Shown here: piece after piece, positions 61,276 through 64,000 of the stretch
Position numbering within the stretch: the first letter of the stretch is position 1
Layout of the letters: every line of letters starts with the position of its first letter
Assembly: GCF_050920415.1 (NCBI RefSeq)
Contig: NZ_CP169309.1
DNA: 64,000 nucleotides
Strand: one strand, 5' to 3'
Origin: Escherichia coli
GTDB lineage: Bacteria > Pseudomonadota > Gammaproteobacteria > Enterobacterales > Enterobacteriaceae
Position numbers and translations under genes: made by a program
The notes under the pieces: model-generated
What the model saw: the letters and a program-made list of their open reading frames with translations, nothing else
Database searches by the model: none
What the model was told of the DNA's origin: nothing

Positions 61276-62589
61276 CTAACTTACTGATTTTAATAGGCCT
61301 CTTGTGTCACTTTGGTGACTATGGGACATCATTGGGACATAATCTGCCAGCTTCTGATTCAGCATGGCGATCTGTTCTGCATTGCTGTCAGTCATCCATG
61401 CTCCGTATACATTGAACACCATCTGGGCACTTGCATGGCCCATCTGGCTGGCAATGAAGCTTGGATTTGCTCCGGCAGATAATGACCAGCACGCATAAGT
61501 GTGTCGTGACTGGTATGCCTTTCGATGCCTGATGCCTGCATGCTTAATGGCTGTTTCCCATGAGTCGCCAATGGAATCTACTTTGTAGATAAAACCTACC
61601 TGTTTGCTTTTTCTAACCACCTGGGGGTTAAATACGAAAGTACATTCATGATTCACTGAACGTCCATATTCACGTAGTTGAACCTTGATGTGGTGCTGCT
61701 TACCCAGTCTTGTCATTTCAGCCTGATTTTTCAGGACACTGATAGCGGGCTGGATAAGATGCACAACCCTGTTTGTACTTGCCTCAGTTTTAGGTAGAGT
61801 GAACTCGCCGAGTTTCGTATAATTACGCCTGATAGTAATTGTTCCTGCTTTCAGATCGATATCTTCCCATGCCAGGGAGACCAGTTCACCGTGACGCATT
61901 CCTGTGTACACAGCCAATGACCACAGGTTTTTCGTCTGCTGATGTCGGCAGGCATCTATCAGGCGAATAAATTCGTCACGAGTTAGCGGATCTGGTTCTG
62001 CCCTGGCTCTTTTAAGAGGCTTAATTCCCTCGAAGGGATTTGCTTCTAAGTAACCGTGATCTGCAGCAAACTGAAACATTCCAGCGATTGTCGTCATGTA
62101 ATAATTTACAGTAACGACGCTCCGTCCTTTTAGTGCTGCTTTGTTTTTCGTTGAATTCTGATACCCGGTCAGCAAATCTTTCCTGATATACAGCAATTCC
62201 TCTTTGGTTACCGATGACACCAGTCTGCTGCCTCCAATTTTCGGAACCATCGTTCTTGCAACGGATTCATAGCGATTGAATGCATTTGCAGAGATTTCCA
62301 TTCGTTTCAGATCCAGCCACTTTTCTTCAAGTTCTTTCACCGTAATTTCTTTTTTACTTACCCCAAAAGCCTGAAGGTTAGGGGAGTCAGGGAACTGTGC
62401 AGCATAATCAAAGCTTCCTGTGCGGATGGCAAAACATACCGATGTCCGCAGTTCCCCGGCGATCTTCCTGTTCTTGGCAGTGTCAGGGACACCAAGATTT
62501 TCCCTGACACGTTTACCTTTAAAATTAAACCAGATGCGTAATGTGCCGCCGTGGTTTTCGACGCCTGTTGGATATTTGACTTTATCCAT
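61276..62589 (-). CDS. int: lambdoid prophage integrase (tyrosine recombinase)
   Basis: 437 aa; motifs SRHTYACW and VYGAWM at C-terminus; N-terminal arm-binding-like domain. Confidence 0.85.
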   Translation of the reverse strand: MDKVKYPTGVENHGGTLRIWFNFKGKRVRENLGVPDTAKNRKIAGELRTSVCFAIRTGSFDYAAQFPDSPNLQAFGVSKKEITVKELEEKWLDLKRMEISANAFNRYESVARTMVPKIGGSRLVSSVTKEELLYIRKDLLTGYQNSTKNKAALKGRSVVTVNYYMTTIAGMFQFAADHGYLEANPFEGIKPLKRARAEPDPLTRDEFIRLIDACRHQQTKNLWSLAVYTGMRHGELVSLAWEDIDLKAGTITIRRNYTKLGEFTLPKTEASTNRVVHLIQPAISVLKNQAEMTRLGKQHHIKVQLREYGRSVNHECTFVFNPQVVRKSKQVGFIYKVDSIGDSWETAIKHAGIRHRKAYQSRHTYACWSLSAGANPSFIASQMGHASAQMVFNVYGAWMTDSNAEQIAMLNQKLADYVPMMSHSHQSDTRGLLKSVS

Positions 62590-62644
62590 CGATACCTCCA
62601 GACGCCCAAGAGCGATACGAGCTTACATATTTCATGATATTAAA

Positions 62645-62881
62645 TCACCTGGGTTGTTTGTTTTTCATTGAGGCGACCCAGGCATCTATTGCTTTTCTGT
62701 TATACATACATTCACTGGAAGGCTTTGGATTACCGTCTGGTGATACGTGAATATACTCTCTTCCAACCATCCAGCATTCTTTCCGGGCCCGAAGAATTGT
62801 GCCTGGTTTGAGCCCGGTAATTGCGATTAGAACGCTTTCACAAACCCATTCATTGGGAGCCAGTTGAATCACATTGCCCAT
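62645..62881 (-). CDS. xis: excisionase (Xis-like)
   Basis: 78 aa directly upstream of int; EWV..TGLKPGTILRARKECWMVGREYIH resembles the lambda Xis winged-helix pattern. Confidence 0.6.
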   Translation of the reverse strand: MGNVIQLAPNEWVCESVLIAITGLKPGTILRARKECWMVGREYIHVSPDGNPKPSSECMYNRKAIDAWVASMKNKQPR

Positions 62882-63039
62882 GCATTACCTCACACAACAC
62901 TCAGCCCACGGCAGTGGCACCACACTTCAAACATTCGTTTCACAATTTCACGACAGTAGAAACCGTCAACATCTCGCGTCAGGTCATAGCGATTGCCGTA
63001 ACGCTGGCGCACCCATAGCTCAAACGCTTTATTCATTCT

Positions 63040-63282
63040 TTACTTCCTTTTCATGGCACGTAATTTTTTCAGATGAGCTTCCTGTTCTGTTTCTGCCAGA
63101 ATTTGTCGGTATTCCAGGTGATCGAGTCGTTCAAACATTTCATTAAAATCGTTTATTTTTACCGACTGTATTCGCCCATCCATTCTTCTGTACAACACGA
63201 TGTTATTTATGCAGCGAATAATTTTTACCGGGTAACCGGCACTGTTGGTATACAGTTGTCCCTGATTAATCAAAGCAAACAT
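63040..63282 (-). CDS. hypothetical prophage protein
   Basis: 80 aa from internal Met; longer form overlaps the upstream ORF by 92 nt. Confidence 0.35.
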   Translation of the reverse strand: MFALINQGQLYTNSAGYPVKIIRCINNIVLYRRMDGRIQSVKINDFNEMFERLDHLEYRQILAETEQEAHLKKLRAMKRK

Positions 63283-63313
63283 TTTTTCTCCTGCTCTCTG
63301 AATAGTGAGAACT

Positions 63314-63694
63314 TCAGAGCCGTATGTTTGTAGCGGGTTCAATACTGATAATTTCTGCTGAGATAAGCATCCCGGCAAGCCAGAGCTCTCCGGACAGGTC
63401 TTCATCCTGGCATGTCAGTTCGCCAATATTAATGGTAGCCATGATATCTGTTTCCCCTGTACGCTCATCCTCGACTTCTTCATAAGGCAGCGTTGCGTAC
63501 AGGCTTTCAATAGCGCAACTGATAACATCCAGTCCGGTCAGATTGCCGCCGACAGTAACTTCGAATGTTTCGCGGTATTTCCATAGCCCGAAAGTTAATC
63601 GAATGGTTTGTTTTGCCATGCGTCCGCATAACGTCAGATTTGGGTCATAGTTCATAACTTCAGATGAGATACATTGTGTCTCGATGCTATTCAT
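63314..63694 (-). CDS. hypothetical prophage protein
   Basis: 126-aa acidic ORF in the early-left region. Confidence 0.4.
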   Translation of the reverse strand: MNSIETQCISSEVMNYDPNLTLCGRMAKQTIRLTFGLWKYRETFEVTVGGNLTGLDVISCAIESLYATLPYEEVEDERTGETDIMATINIGELTCQDEDLSGELWLAGMLISAEIISIEPATNIRL

Positions 63695-63972
63695 TTTGTT
63701 ACTCCTGATTTTTTTCGGATTACCTTTTTCAATTTTTTACCGTTATTCACGTTACAGTAAATTTCGGCAAGTTCGCGTGATAACATTATTTCTCCGCTAT
63801 TTTTATCTATAGCAATGTGATCGGGATTATCACGAATAAACTTCTTTATCATTGGCATTGCCATAAACTCTTCTGGCGTATAGATGCGTGTATGGCGGCG
63901 AACGTGTTTTATCACAGGTATTTTATGTTTTGATTCAACCTGAAATACATTAATTTTATTTTGATTTGCCAT
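63691..63972 (-). CDS. hypothetical prophage protein
   Basis: 93-aa ORF, ATGA overlap with downstream gene. Confidence 0.4.
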   Translation of the reverse strand: MANQNKINVFQVESKHKIPVIKHVRRHTRIYTPEEFMAMPMIKKFIRDNPDHIAIDKNSGEIMLSRELAEIYCNVNNGKKLKKVIRKKSGVTK

Positions 63973-64000
63973 GTGTAATATTTAATGTGTTACTGGCGCT

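Larger units (their letters stand above)
61250..64000. mobile_element. lambdoid prophage, integrase-proximal end (continues beyond window end), inserted in yecE
   Basis: Lambda-type int-xis module followed by small early-left ORFs on the minus strand, abutting truncated yecE. Confidence 0.7.

Overview
Enterobacterial (E. coli-type) chromosomal window with three parts. (1) 1-21725: one arm of an integrated P2/186-like prophage on the minus strand (baseplate J/W/V, tail completion S/R, spanins, M15-type endolysin, holin, X, L, terminase M, capsid N, scaffold O), then terminase P and portal Q on the plus strand, a cos-like region, an eight-gene accessory operon, replication gene A, early genes, a CI-like repressor, two cargo genes and the integrase. 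It ends at a roughly 55-bp duplicated 3' segment of tRNA-Leu (leuZ-like), which I read as the att junction. (2) 21900-60500: conserved core, yecA-tyrP-yecH-ftnA-yecR-azuC-yecJ-ftnB-araFGH-otsBA-uspC-flhDC-motAB-cheAW-tar-tap-cheRBYZ-flhBAE-yecT-argS-yecM-cutC-torYZ-cmoBA-yecN, with no IS in the flhDC upstream region. (3) 60500-64000: yecE with its 5' end disrupted by the integrase end of a second, lambdoid prophage (int, xis, early-left ORFs). The best candidate for an undescribed system is the accessory operon between cos and gene A (10695-13760): a complete ParM/ParR actin-type pair with upstream hairpin repeats, a small protein carrying a ClpX-type zinc finger, and five small unknown proteins, all translationally coupled. 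A second candidate is a two-gene AT-rich insertion between the repressor and the integrase (19530-20557). All identifications come from reading the translations and from recalled family sequences; no database search was run.
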